A DNA stretch of 64,000 nt, taken from the IMG/VR virus record IMGVR_UViG_3300025120_000022, one strand, 5' to 3'. The stretch comes from an uncultured virus (IMG/VR IMGVR_UViG_3300025120_000022) (lineage: Duplodnaviria > Heunggongvirae > Uroviricota > Caudoviricetes). The translations under genes were made by a program, and so were the position numbers. The notes below the pieces were generated by a model. It ran no database searches. It was not told the origin of the DNA and saw nothing but the letters and a program-made list of their open reading frames with translations. Positions 1 to 9,122 of this stretch are shown here, one piece after another; position 1 is the stretch's first letter; every line of letters begins with the position of its first letter.

Positions 1-4
1 CAAA

Positions 5-214
5 ATGGATGATTTAATGGATATGTTGGTGGGTGCAGAATCATCTCCAACTGAGGTTAGTGACAAAATTAAAGAGATTTTGTATGCTAAATCTTCATCC
101 AAGATAGATGCAATTCGACCAGAAATTGGTGCTTCTGTATTTGATGAAGTTGAAGTAGAGTCCGAAGAGGACGAAGAGGAAGAAACTCAAACTGGAGACG
201 AAGATGTTGATTAA
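5..214 (+). CDS. Acidic prohead core protein (gp67/gp68-like position)
   Basis: Small, very acidic ORF just upstream of g21, as in T4-like head modules. Confidence 0.5.
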   Translation: MDDLMDMLVGAESSPTEVSDKIKEILYAKSSSKIDAIRPEIGASVFDEVEVESEEDEEEETQTGDEDVD

Positions 215-461
215 GGTTTTAGCAGCAGAAACAACTTTAGGTACTGCTGGTAATGTTGGTAATGCAACAGTAGTTAGACTCTATAACGGTCACTCTGCTG
301 CATTGGTCATTTCAAGAACTAATGCAAGTGATTCCGTCATCGGAAGTCTCACGGTAAAAAACGGTGAGACCGTTGATCTTGAAAAAGAACCAACTGATAA
401 ATTATCTGCCGCTTCAAATGGTGCTTCAGTCAAAGTTGTAAAAGTTGCCTACAGAAACTAA
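204..461 (+). CDS. Hypothetical head-module protein
   Basis: 85-aa ORF tightly packed between core protein and g21. Confidence 0.6.
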   Translation: MLIKVLAAETTLGTAGNVGNATVVRLYNGHSAALVISRTNASDSVIGSLTVKNGETVDLEKEPTDKLSAASNGASVKVVKVAYRN

Positions 462-466
462 GAAAA

Positions 467-1117
467 ATGAAACTAATCAGAGAAGAAGTCGAAACAGTAG
501 AGTACATTACCGAAGGTAAAGGTTCTGCTAAAAAGATGTTCATCGAGGGAACTTTCCTTCAAGGTGACATCAAGAACCGTAACGGTCGTATGTATCCTAT
601 TTCAACTCTTACAAAAGAAGTTGGTAGATACAATGAAATGTATACCAATAAAGGTAGAGCACTTGGAGAACTTGGTCACCCCGATGGTCCAACAATCAAC
701 CTTGATCGTGTATCCCATAAAATTGTAACTCTTGAGCAAAGAGGTTCAAACATTTATGGTAAGGCACAACTTCTTAGTACTCCAATGGGTAAGATTGCAC
801 AGTCACTAATTGGTGAAGGTGTTAAACTTGGAGTTTCTTCTCGTGGTGTTGGTTCATTAAAACTGAACAATGAAGGCATCAATATTGTTGGTGAAGATTT
901 CATGTTGGCAACCGCTGCAGATATCGTTGCTGATCCATCTGCACCAGACGCTTTTGTTGATGGAATTATGGAAGGAAAAGAATGGGTCTGGGAAGGTGGT
1001 ATCCTTCGCGAAAGATTTTGCAACGATGCTAGAAAGAGGATAAATACTCTTGTTGATCAAAACAGACTTGAAGAAAACAAACTCCAGTTATGGGGTGATT
1101 TTCTATCAAATCTTTAA
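467..1117 (+). CDS. g21: Prohead core scaffold/protease gp21
   Basis: NRNGRMYP, ALGELGHP, GVSSRGVGS and DIVADPSAPDA motifs of T4 gp21. Confidence 0.95.
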   Translation: MKLIREEVETVEYITEGKGSAKKMFIEGTFLQGDIKNRNGRMYPISTLTKEVGRYNEMYTNKGRALGELGHPDGPTINLDRVSHKIVTLEQRGSNIYGKAQLLSTPMGKIAQSLIGEGVKLGVSSRGVGSLKLNNEGINIVGEDFMLATAADIVADPSAPDAFVDGIMEGKEWVWEGGILRERFCNDARKRINTLVDQNRLEENKLQLWGDFLSNL

Positions 1118-1119
1118 AT

Positions 1120-1127
1120 TATAAATA
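1120..1127 (+). promoter_or_regulatory. T4-type late promoter
   Basis: TATAAATA upstream of g22. Confidence 0.8.
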
Positions 1128-1175
1128 AATATAGTTTAATTAACTACAAATAGGTTATTTTCGGAGAGTTCTAAA

Positions 1176-2261
1176 ATGTCCAGTGGCACTAATTTACACG
1201 AAATGGAAGTAGACGTTAAGGAAAACGCTGTAACTGCCGGTGCTAAACCAGCAGAACCAATGGTAAAGCCATCTGGAGCAAGCGTAGAAGATCTTGGCGG
1301 TCCTACCCCAGAAAACTACAAGCCTGACGATGATTCAGCTAAGCTGAAGACTCCAGGCACTACCCTCAAGCAAGTTAGAGATGTTGTTAACAAAGGTGCT
1401 AAACCTGCGGAAGCAATGCCTGCTGGTATGAAGGAAGAGGAGGATTCTGAAATTTCTGACGATCAAGAAGTTGTTTCCGAAGAGGAAGTAACTGAAGAGG
1501 AGGAAATTGCAGAAGAGGAAGAAGTTGTTGTATTAGACATCGATGCCGATGTTGAAGCACTACTTCAAGGCGAAGAACTCTCCGAAGAGTTCCAGGAAAA
1601 AGCAAAGACTATCTTTGAAGCAGCAATCAATGCTAAAGTTGCAGAAATCAAAGAAGACCTGGAAGCATCCTATGCTACTGTTATTGAAGAACAAGTAGCA
1701 GAATTTAAGAATGAAACGACCGAACGTGTCGATTCATATCTTGAGTATGTTTCATCCGAGTGGTTGGAAGAAAACCAACTGACTGTTGAAGAAGGACTTA
1801 AGTCAGAAATGTCTGAGTCGTTCCTCACCGGAATGAAGCAACTTTTTGAAGAACATTATGTTTCAATCCCTGAAGATAGATATGATGTACTTGAGAGCAT
1901 GGTAAATAAACTTGATGAAATGGAAGGAAAACTCAATGAGCAGATCGACAGAAATGTCGCTCTCAATAGAAGATTAGCAGAATCCACATCTGATGGAGTC
2001 TTAAGTGATGTTTCTGAAGGACTTGCAGTCACTCAGAAAGAGAAACTGGCTACTCTTGCCGAAAGTGTTGAGTTTGATAGTGAAACAGACTACCGTGAGA
2101 AACTGGTAACCCTGAGAGAGGCATATTTCCCCTCCAGACCTAACGCCAGTGCTCAAAGAGATTCTTCTGAGTACATTGCAGAAGAAGCGTCCATGAACCA
2201 GGAATTTTCTGGATCTATGGAAGGATATCTTACTGCTCTGCAGAGAGTTTCTAAAAAGTAA
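1176..2261 (+). CDS. g22: Prohead core scaffolding protein gp22
   Basis: Acidic coiled-coil protein (LSEEF..KAKTIFEAA, VDSYLEYV) between g21 and g23. Confidence 0.9.
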   Translation: MSSGTNLHEMEVDVKENAVTAGAKPAEPMVKPSGASVEDLGGPTPENYKPDDDSAKLKTPGTTLKQVRDVVNKGAKPAEAMPAGMKEEEDSEISDDQEVVSEEEVTEEEEIAEEEEVVVLDIDADVEALLQGEELSEEFQEKAKTIFEAAINAKVAEIKEDLEASYATVIEEQVAEFKNETTERVDSYLEYVSSEWLEENQLTVEEGLKSEMSESFLTGMKQLFEEHYVSIPEDRYDVLESMVNKLDEMEGKLNEQIDRNVALNRRLAESTSDGVLSDVSEGLAVTQKEKLATLAESVEFDSETDYREKLVTLREAYFPSRPNASAQRDSSEYIAEEASMNQEFSGSMEGYLTALQRVSKK

Positions 2262-2311
2262 GTTTTACATTATAAGATAAACCCAAACACTTTTAATAGA
2301 GGAAAAATCAA

Positions 2312-3736
2312 ATGCAAATGTTCAATGGTGAACAACTGCAGGAGAAGTGGGCACCACTACTGGACTATGAAGGCGCTGATGCCATCAAAGATTCACACCG
2401 TAGAATGGTTACCGCAGTTCTCCTGGAGAACCAAGAAAAGTTTTTAAATGAGGAGCGTGCGTTCCTTTCTGAAGGACCTACCAACGCAGCTAATGCTGGT
2501 GGCGCTTCAGGCGGTTTCGGTGGCGGTGCAACCGCTGCGGGTCCAGTTGCAGGTTTCGACCCTGTTCTGATCTCCCTGATCCGTCGTTCTATGCCTAACC
2601 TGGTCGCTTATGACCTTGCTGGCGTACAACCAATGAACGGTCCTACTGGACTCATCTTCGCAATGCGTTCACGCTACACCAATCAGTCTGGAACAGAAGC
2701 ACTGTTCGATGAAGCAGATACCGCATTCTCTGGTCAGAATGATGGTGGCGATCTGGAGCAAGGTCTCTATACCGCTCAAGCATCTGACGGCGCTTCTGTT
2801 GGTTTCGGTACTGCCGCCCAGAAGACAAACGAATCTGGCACTAACCCTGCACTCCTTTCCAACCAAGCTGCTAACCAACTTGCCTACAACGTAGGTCAGG
2901 GTATGCATACTGGTGACTCTGAGGACCTTGGAGACGGTTCAGGCGACCAGTTCAACCAGATGGCGTTCTCGATCGAGAAAGTCACTGTAACCGCTAAGTC
3001 CAGAGCTCTGAAAGCAGAGTATTCCCTGGAACTGGCACAAGACCTTAAGGCAATCCACGGTCTGAACGCTGAAGCAGAACTTGCTAACATCCTTAGCACT
3101 GAGATTCTTGCTGAAATCAACCGTGAAGTCATCCGTACCATCTACAAGGCTGCAGAACCTGGTGCTCAAACCAACACTGCTACCGCTGGTACTTTTGACC
3201 TGGACGTTGACTCCAATGGTCGTTGGTCTGTTGAGAAGTTCAAAGGACTTCTGTTCCAAATCGAGCGCGAAGCGAACGCTATCGCACAAAGAACTCGTAG
3301 AGGAAAGGGCAACATGATTCTGTGTTCCGCAGACGTTGCTTCCGCACTGACCATGGCTGGTGTACTTGATTACACCCCCGCACTCAACGCTAACCTTAAC
3401 GTTGACGACACCGGTAACACCTTCGCTGGTGTTCTGCAAGGTAAGTATCGTGTATATATCGATCCTTATTCTGCTAACCTCCGTGCTTCCCAGTACTTCG
3501 TTGCTGGTTATAAGGGTTCTTCCCCTTATGACGCTGGACTGTTCTACTGCCCTTACGTTCCTCTTCAGATGGTTCGTGCAGTTGGTCAGGACACCTTCCA
3601 ACCCAAAATCGGATTCAAGACTCGCTACGGCATGGTCGCGAACCCCTTCGCAGAAGGAACCGCTCAAGGACTCGGACGCCTCAAGCAGTCTTCTAACCGC
3701 TACTATCGTCGCGTTAGAGTCGAAAACCTCATGTGA
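2312..3736 (+). CDS. g23: Major capsid protein gp23
   Basis: GVQPMNGPTGLIFAMR, KSRALKAEYSLELAQDLKAIHGL and FQPKIGFKTRYG motifs. Confidence 0.98.
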   Translation: MQMFNGEQLQEKWAPLLDYEGADAIKDSHRRMVTAVLLENQEKFLNEERAFLSEGPTNAANAGGASGGFGGGATAAGPVAGFDPVLISLIRRSMPNLVAYDLAGVQPMNGPTGLIFAMRSRYTNQSGTEALFDEADTAFSGQNDGGDLEQGLYTAQASDGASVGFGTAAQKTNESGTNPALLSNQAANQLAYNVGQGMHTGDSEDLGDGSGDQFNQMAFSIEKVTVTAKSRALKAEYSLELAQDLKAIHGLNAEAELANILSTEILAEINREVIRTIYKAAEPGAQTNTATAGTFDLDVDSNGRWSVEKFKGLLFQIEREANAIAQRTRRGKGNMILCSADVASALTMAGVLDYTPALNANLNVDDTGNTFAGVLQGKYRVYIDPYSANLRASQYFVAGYKGSSPYDAGLFYCPYVPLQMVRAVGQDTFQPKIGFKTRYGMVANPFAEGTAQGLGRLKQSSNRYYRRVRVENLM

Positions 3737-3766
3737 TATTTGCCTACGGGCATTCACATTTCATCT

Positions 3767-3791
3767 GGGAGTCTTCGGACTCCCTTTTTTT
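3767..3791 (+). terminator. Intrinsic terminator after g23
   Basis: GGGAGTC-TTCG-GACTCCC followed by T7. Confidence 0.9.
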
Positions 3792-3820
3792 GTCTAAATA
3801 TAAGTAAATAAATAAGGCGA

Positions 3821-4081
3821 ATGAAATCTTTCGATAGGTTTATTGAAGAGGCAGCGACAAAAAGATGTCCTGTTGGATCTTACTATTGTTTTACTGATAA
3901 GAAGTGTAAGAAGATGCCTCGTGGTTATCATGTAGGACGTGGAGGTTATCTGGAAAAAGATAATGATTCTGATTCCGAGGATTCAAATGGATCAAAGAAT
4001 GGTAACTCTAATGGTGATAACGGTTCTAATGGTAATGGAAATGGTGGAAATGGAAGTGGTGGAAATGGAGGAGGAGAATGA
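3821..4081 (+). CDS. Small late protein with capsid-targeting-like N-terminus, Cys motif and Gly/Asn-rich tail
   Basis: MKSFDRFIEE start, CPVGSYYC..KKC, GN-rich tail; TAAATA boxes upstream. Confidence 0.65.
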   Translation: MKSFDRFIEEAATKRCPVGSYYCFTDKKCKKMPRGYHVGRGGYLEKDNDSDSEDSNGSKNGNSNGDNGSNGNGNGGNGSGGNGGGE

Positions 4082-4620
4082 AACCTTGGAATAATCAACT
4101 CACCAATAGGAACTATCTGTCTCCTGTTGGATTTAAATTTTCAATTACTAAAGTACCCAAAGCAGATTTCTTTTCTAATTCTGCATCGATTCCTGGTATC
4201 AACCTTGGATTTGCAGAACAACCAACGTATTTGAAGAACCTTCCTGTACCAGGGGATAAATTAACTTATGCAGATTTTTCACTTCGTTTCTTTGTAGATG
4301 AGAATCTGACTAATTATCTTGAAGTGCATAACTGGTTAAGAGGACTTGGTTTCCCAGAGAGTCTTGATGAGTTTACAGCACTTAAAGAGCAAGATAGATA
4401 TAACCCATCTAATGATGCAAGAAATGCTTTAGGTGAATACTCAGATGCAAGTCTGTTTATTTACAATAGTAATTACAATGAAGTTGCAAGAGTTGATTTC
4501 TTAGATGTATTTCCTATAAGTTTATCCACAATTAACTTCGATGCAACTGACTCTGATATCCAATATGTTACCGCAGAAGCGACCTTTAAATATAGCATAT
4601 ATAATATAACAGTTTTATGA
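4078..4620 (+). CDS. g3: Tail tube terminator/completion protein gp3-like
   Basis: NYLSPVGFKF, PVPGDKLTY, F.VDENL.NY motifs; position between g23 and uvsY. Confidence 0.8.
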   Translation: MKPWNNQLTNRNYLSPVGFKFSITKVPKADFFSNSASIPGINLGFAEQPTYLKNLPVPGDKLTYADFSLRFFVDENLTNYLEVHNWLRGLGFPESLDEFTALKEQDRYNPSNDARNALGEYSDASLFIYNSNYNEVARVDFLDVFPISLSTINFDATDSDIQYVTAEATFKYSIYNITVL

Positions 4621-4628
4621 TGTAATGT

Positions 4629-5057
4629 ATGAATCTTGATGAAATTCAATTGTCATGGGAAGAAGATTCAAAAATAGACGAAGATAATCTACATACGGAA
4701 TCAACTAAGATTCCTTCTCTTCACGCAAAATACTACAGAATTTTGAATAACATCCTTCTAATGAAAAAGTTAGAAGAGAATAAGTTCAAGCAAATTAAGA
4801 AAGAAAAATGGCAGTATTACACGGGTAAGGCAGACCCCGAAGTGTATATTGAAAAACCATTTGACCATAAAGTGTTGAGACAGGATGTAGACAAATATAT
4901 GGATTCTGATGAAGACCTCATCAAAGTTCTGAACAAAATAGATTACTTTCAAGTCATGCTGTCTTACTTGGACAGTATTCTCAAAACGATTAACAATCGA
5001 ACTTTTCAAATAAAGAACTCGATTGAATGGCAGAAATTCATAAGAGGTTATGACTGA
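4629..5057 (+). CDS. uvsY: Recombination mediator UvsY
   Basis: IPSLHAKY, YYTGKA, RTFQIKNSIEW motifs; adjacent to uvsW. Confidence 0.9.
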   Translation: MNLDEIQLSWEEDSKIDEDNLHTESTKIPSLHAKYYRILNNILLMKKLEENKFKQIKKEKWQYYTGKADPEVYIEKPFDHKVLRQDVDKYMDSDEDLIKVLNKIDYFQVMLSYLDSILKTINNRTFQIKNSIEWQKFIRGYD

Positions 5058-6516
5058 TCTTGTTATACGCAAAAAGAATGAAGTTTTCATTACCGTAAAG
5101 GCAGAACCTCATATTATCCAGGAACTATCGGATCATTTTACATTTGATGTTCCGGGTGCAAAGTTCATGCCTCAATACCGTAGTAAGTATTGGGATGGAA
5201 AGATACGTCTATTCAGTTCTCACACTGGAGAGATCTATGTGGGACTACTTGATAAGATTATGGCGTGGGCAAAGAACTATGACTATAAAGTAGAGTTTGA
5301 AGATAACAAATTCTATGGTCCTCCATTTGAAGTCAATAAAATGATTTCTAAGGAGGGAGTCAAAGAATACATGACCCGTATCTCTAGGTTCAAACCTAGA
5401 GATTATCAGGTTGATGCTGTATATGATGCACTCAAATTCAATCGTAAACTTTTAATATCACCAACTGCATCAGGTAAGTCATTGATGATTTATTCTGTGG
5501 TGAGATACTTTGCAGAAAAAAATCATAAAATACTGTTAGTTGTTCCTACAACATCTCTTGTAGAGCAAATGTTCAAAGACTTTGAGGACTATGGATGGAA
5601 TGCTGAAGAATACTGTCACAAGATATATTCGGGTAGAGAGAAGACAAATCAATATCCTGTAACAATTACCACCTGGCAATCTATCTACAAATTACCCAGA
5701 GCATTCTTCAAAGACTTTGGAGTCATCATCGGAGATGAAGCACACTTATTCAAATCAAAGTCTCTCGTCAGCATCATGACGAAGATGGATAGTGCAAAGT
5801 ATAGATTTGGATTCACTGGAACATTAGACGGCACACAGACCCATAAGTGGGTGTTAGAGGGACTGTTTGGTCCATCTTATAAAGTCACACAAACAAAAGA
5901 ACTCATTGATAAAGGACATCTATCTCAACTACAAATTCATGTCTTATTGATGAAGCATGACCCTCATGAGTTTGAAACTTATGAAGATGAAATGCAATAC
6001 ATCATTGGTCATGATAAAAGAAATAACTTTATTAAGAATCTAGTATTAGATTTGAAAGGAAATAGTCTTATTTTATTCAGTCGTGTTGAATCACATGGTC
6101 AACCACTTTACGAATTAATAAATAATTCTGTGAAAGAAAATCGTAAAGTATTTTATGTTCACGGTGGAATAGACGCTCAACAACGAGAACATGTAAGAGA
6201 AATTACTGAAAAGGAAAACGATGCTATTATCGTTGCATCTTACGGAACATTCAGTACAGGCATCAATATTAAAAATCTCCATAACGTAATCTTTGCATCA
6301 CCATCCAAATCAAGAATTCGTAATCTTCAATCCATTGGTAGGGTGCTGAGAAAAGGAGATAATAAAAATCAAGCAGTTCTTTACGATATTGCTGATGAAA
6401 TAGTCTACAAGCAAAGAAAGAACTATACTTTAAATCATCTAGTTGAACGAATTAAAATTTACAATCAAGAAAGATTTAATTATGAAATTATACCAGTCAA
6501 CCTTAAAGATAAATGA
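5050..6516 (+). CDS. uvsW: RNA-DNA/DNA helicase UvsW (SF2)
   Basis: SPTASGKS Walker A, DEAH, LQSIGRVLR. Confidence 0.95.
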   Translation: MTDLVIRKKNEVFITVKAEPHIIQELSDHFTFDVPGAKFMPQYRSKYWDGKIRLFSSHTGEIYVGLLDKIMAWAKNYDYKVEFEDNKFYGPPFEVNKMISKEGVKEYMTRISRFKPRDYQVDAVYDALKFNRKLLISPTASGKSLMIYSVVRYFAEKNHKILLVVPTTSLVEQMFKDFEDYGWNAEEYCHKIYSGREKTNQYPVTITTWQSIYKLPRAFFKDFGVIIGDEAHLFKSKSLVSIMTKMDSAKYRFGFTGTLDGTQTHKWVLEGLFGPSYKVTQTKELIDKGHLSQLQIHVLLMKHDPHEFETYEDEMQYIIGHDKRNNFIKNLVLDLKGNSLILFSRVESHGQPLYELINNSVKENRKVFYVHGGIDAQQREHVREITEKENDAIIVASYGTFSTGINIKNLHNVIFASPSKSRIRNLQSIGRVLRKGDNKNQAVLYDIADEIVYKQRKNYTLNHLVERIKIYNQERFNYEIIPVNLKDK

Positions 6517-6902
6517 AAGAAGAATTCTATGCAACAATAAAACTAATATCAGGTGAAGAAGTCTTTGCACAAGTAACTCCTTGTGAAGAAGAAGACAGAA
6601 CTTTACTTATTTTAGATACTCCTGTAATATTTGAATCTATAATGATTAAGCATATGGGAGTGAACGCTATGAAAGTTGAACCATGGATATCACTCAGTGA
6701 TGACTCTATGGTGATTATTGATATGAATAAAGTAATTACTATTAGTGAAGTTAAAAATGAACAGATTCTTTGTATATACAATAAGTACTTACGTGATAAA
6801 GATCGTGACTCTAACCAGACAAAAGTGAATGAAGATATGGGGTTCCTCTCTTCAATACCTGAAGCAAGAGTGAATTTGGAGAAACTCTATAAAAGTAGCT
6901 AA
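6513..6902 (+). CDS. Conserved cyanophage hypothetical protein (Sm-like start)
   Basis: IKLISGEEVFA start; overlaps uvsW stop. Confidence 0.65.
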   Translation: MKEEFYATIKLISGEEVFAQVTPCEEEDRTLLILDTPVIFESIMIKHMGVNAMKVEPWISLSDDSMVIIDMNKVITISEVKNEQILCIYNKYLRDKDRDSNQTKVNEDMGFLSSIPEARVNLEKLYKSS

Positions 6903-6909
6903 GCCATCC

Positions 6910-6961
6910 CTATGAACCCTAACAGAGTTATTCTACACAGATATTACGATCTTGTCAAGCC
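6910..6961 (-). repeat. 52-bp repeat copy A: minus-strand sigma70-like promoter plus leader
   Basis: Reverse complement of 41373-41424 at 48/52 positions; reads TTGACA-17nt-TAGAAT-AACTCT-GTTAGGGTTCATAG on the minus strand. Confidence 0.9.
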
Positions 6962-6981
6962 TTATCATTATGTGCTATAAT
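6952..6981 (+). promoter_or_regulatory. Sigma70-like promoter for g55
   Basis: TTGTCA-18nt-TATAAT with extended TG. Confidence 0.6.
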
Positions 6982-7011
6982 GTAAACATAACTCACTAGG
7001 AGAACCATGAG

Positions 7012-7482
7012 ATGTCAAGAAAGAAATCTGAACATTATGTAAACAATAAAGAATTCTTAGATGCACTTGTTGTTTATCGAGCAAAGGTTCAAAGAGCAAA
7101 AGATGCAGGTGAACCACTCCCACGTATTACAAACTACCTTGGTGAGTGTTTCTTAAAGATTGCTACTCACCTCTCTTACAAACCAAACTTTGTAAACTAT
7201 ATGTTCCGTGAGGACATGATCTGTGACGGTATTGAAAACTGTGTTCAGTATATTAAGAATTTTGATCCAGCAAAGTCCAGTAATCCATTTGCATACTTCA
7301 CTCAAATTATTCACTACGCATTTTTGAGAAGGATTCAAAAGGAAAAGCGTCAAATGGATATCCGCACTAAGATTGTGGAAAGATCAGGATTTGATGAAGT
7401 ATTTTCCAGTGATGGTGATATCTACAGCTCTTCCGACTATAATACCATTAAAGAAAACATCCAGTCTAAACTTTATTCATGA
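7012..7482 (+). CDS. g55: Late-transcription sigma factor gp55
   Basis: HYVNNKEFL, NPFAYFTQIIHYAFLRRIQKEK. Confidence 0.95.
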   Translation: MSRKKSEHYVNNKEFLDALVVYRAKVQRAKDAGEPLPRITNYLGECFLKIATHLSYKPNFVNYMFREDMICDGIENCVQYIKNFDPAKSSNPFAYFTQIIHYAFLRRIQKEKRQMDIRTKIVERSGFDEVFSSDGDIYSSSDYNTIKENIQSKLYS

Positions 7483-7763
7483 AACTAACAAAGGAACTTG
7501 CCGTCTTACTTGAAAAATTAGGATGGGAAGAAGGTGATGATATTTCTGTTGAACTGGCTGGAACTCAAGTCTCTGGTATTGATGTTGGAGAAGAGTATAA
7601 TAAGAAGTGGCAATCACCAATAGGTACTCGGAAGTATAATAAGGATGCATTCATTGTTATCAAGAACCAAGATCGTAGAGACTTAACTAAATCTCAACCG
7701 ATGGATAGAGAACATCTACCACATCATTTGAAAGAAGAAAAAGAAACAACAACTAATGACTAA
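7479..7763 (+). CDS. Hypothetical protein, AbrB-like N-terminal signature
   Basis: LEKLGWEEGDDISVE. Confidence 0.5.
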   Translation: MKLTKELAVLLEKLGWEEGDDISVELAGTQVSGIDVGEEYNKKWQSPIGTRKYNKDAFIVIKNQDRRDLTKSQPMDREHLPHHLKEEKETTTND

Positions 7764-8802
7764 AGTTGCATTATTGACGGATACACATTACGGTGCGAGA
7801 AAGAATAGTAAGTTATTTCATGAGTTCTTCAAAAAATTCTATGATAATATCTTCTTTCCTACTCTAAAGGAAAGAGGTATCACAGAATGCGTCCATTTGG
7901 GCGATGCTTTCGACTGCCGTAAATCTGTTGATTTTTGGTCACTTCAGTGGGCAAAGGAAAATGTATACGATAAGTTCAGAGATCTAGGTATCAAGGTCCA
8001 CAATATTGTTGGTAACCACGACGCCTATTATAAGAATACTATTGGTATCAATGCTGTAGATGCTCTGCTTGAGTCCTATACTAATGTAGTAAGAGTTTCC
8101 GAACCAAAGGAATATAAGATTGGTGGTAAGAAAATCCTTCTATTGCCATGGATCTGTGAAGACAATGAGAAACAAACTTTTGATTTAGTTACTAAGTCAA
8201 AAGCAAAGATCATGATGGGTCACCTTGAACTGAATGGGTTTGAGGTGATTCCTGGTATGAGAATGGAGCATGGTCTGGAACCCAGTAAGTTTAAGAAGTT
8301 TGATACGGTATTCTCAGGTCACTATCATCACAAATCAACCAAAGGTAATATTACTTATCTTGGTAACACCTACCAGATGTTCTGGAATGATGTGAATGAT
8401 TCAAGAGGATTTCATATCTTCGATACTGAAACTCAAGAATTAGAGTTTATTGATAATCCATTTTCAATTTTTGAAAAGTTCTACTATGAGGATACACCAT
8501 ATCAATTGTTCGATACATCAGATCTGAAAGATAAGATTGTAAAGATCATTGTCCGTAAGAAGTCAGATCAACTTGCATTTGAAAAGTTCATTGATAAGTT
8601 ACATAAGTCTGGTTGTTCTGATATAAAGGTCGTTGAAAATTTCTCAATCGATGATGAAGATGTAGATTTTGAGGACGGTAAGTGCGAAGATACATTGACC
8701 TTCCTTAATAAATATATTGATGATTCTGAATTCAATTTAGACAAAGACATTGTTAAAAAATTGATGCGGGATGTTTATCGAGAAGCATGCGAAATGGAGT
8801 AA
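7756..8802 (+). CDS. g47: Recombination nuclease gp47 (Mre11/SbcD-like)
   Basis: DTHYG, HLGD, GNHD, GHL and SGHYH metallophosphoesterase motifs. Confidence 0.95.
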   Translation: MTKVALLTDTHYGARKNSKLFHEFFKKFYDNIFFPTLKERGITECVHLGDAFDCRKSVDFWSLQWAKENVYDKFRDLGIKVHNIVGNHDAYYKNTIGINAVDALLESYTNVVRVSEPKEYKIGGKKILLLPWICEDNEKQTFDLVTKSKAKIMMGHLELNGFEVIPGMRMEHGLEPSKFKKFDTVFSGHYHHKSTKGNITYLGNTYQMFWNDVNDSRGFHIFDTETQELEFIDNPFSIFEKFYYEDTPYQLFDTSDLKDKIVKIIVRKKSDQLAFEKFIDKLHKSGCSDIKVVENFSIDDEDVDFEDGKCEDTLTFLNKYIDDSEFNLDKDIVKKLMRDVYREACEME

Positions 8803-9083
8803 TGTATTTACTTGCGATATCAGGAAAAGAAGAAGAAGGAGCATACTCTGTATTAGATGAGGATGGTGAGAAGGCACTATACCTTTTTGAGGAAGAAGAT
8901 GATGCAACCCGATATGTTGGTCTTTTGGAGGCAGAAGATTATCCTGAGATGTCAGTGGTAGAAGTTGATGAAGAAGTATGCATAAAGATGTGTAATGCAT
9001 ACAACTATAGGTATTGTGTGATTACTTCGGACGACTTTGTAATTCCTCCGCGAGATATTAAACTAGAAGATTTGACGGAATGA
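8802..9083 (+). CDS. Conserved cyanophage hypothetical protein
   Basis: ORF between g47 and g46 (EGAYSV, LYLFEEEDDA.RY). Confidence 0.65.
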   Translation: MYLLAISGKEEEGAYSVLDEDGEKALYLFEEEDDATRYVGLLEAEDYPEMSVVEVDEEVCIKMCNAYNYRYCVITSDDFVIPPRDIKLEDLTE

Positions 9084-9122
9084 TATAAGTGATGTAGAAT
9101 GGAAATATGATTAACTACCTAA

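Noticed and set aside
2939..3757. 272-aa minus-strand ORF opposite g23, plus similar shadows opposite pstS, cobS, g46 and the K/A-rich genes
   Set aside because: Antisense shadows expected from codon bias of the real + strand genes; no recognisable motifs or expression signals.
3960..4078. GGTAAT/GGAAAT-type short repeats, and CAA/CAG repeats near 30190-30225
   Set aside because: Explained by Gly/Asn-rich and poly-Gln coding sequence.
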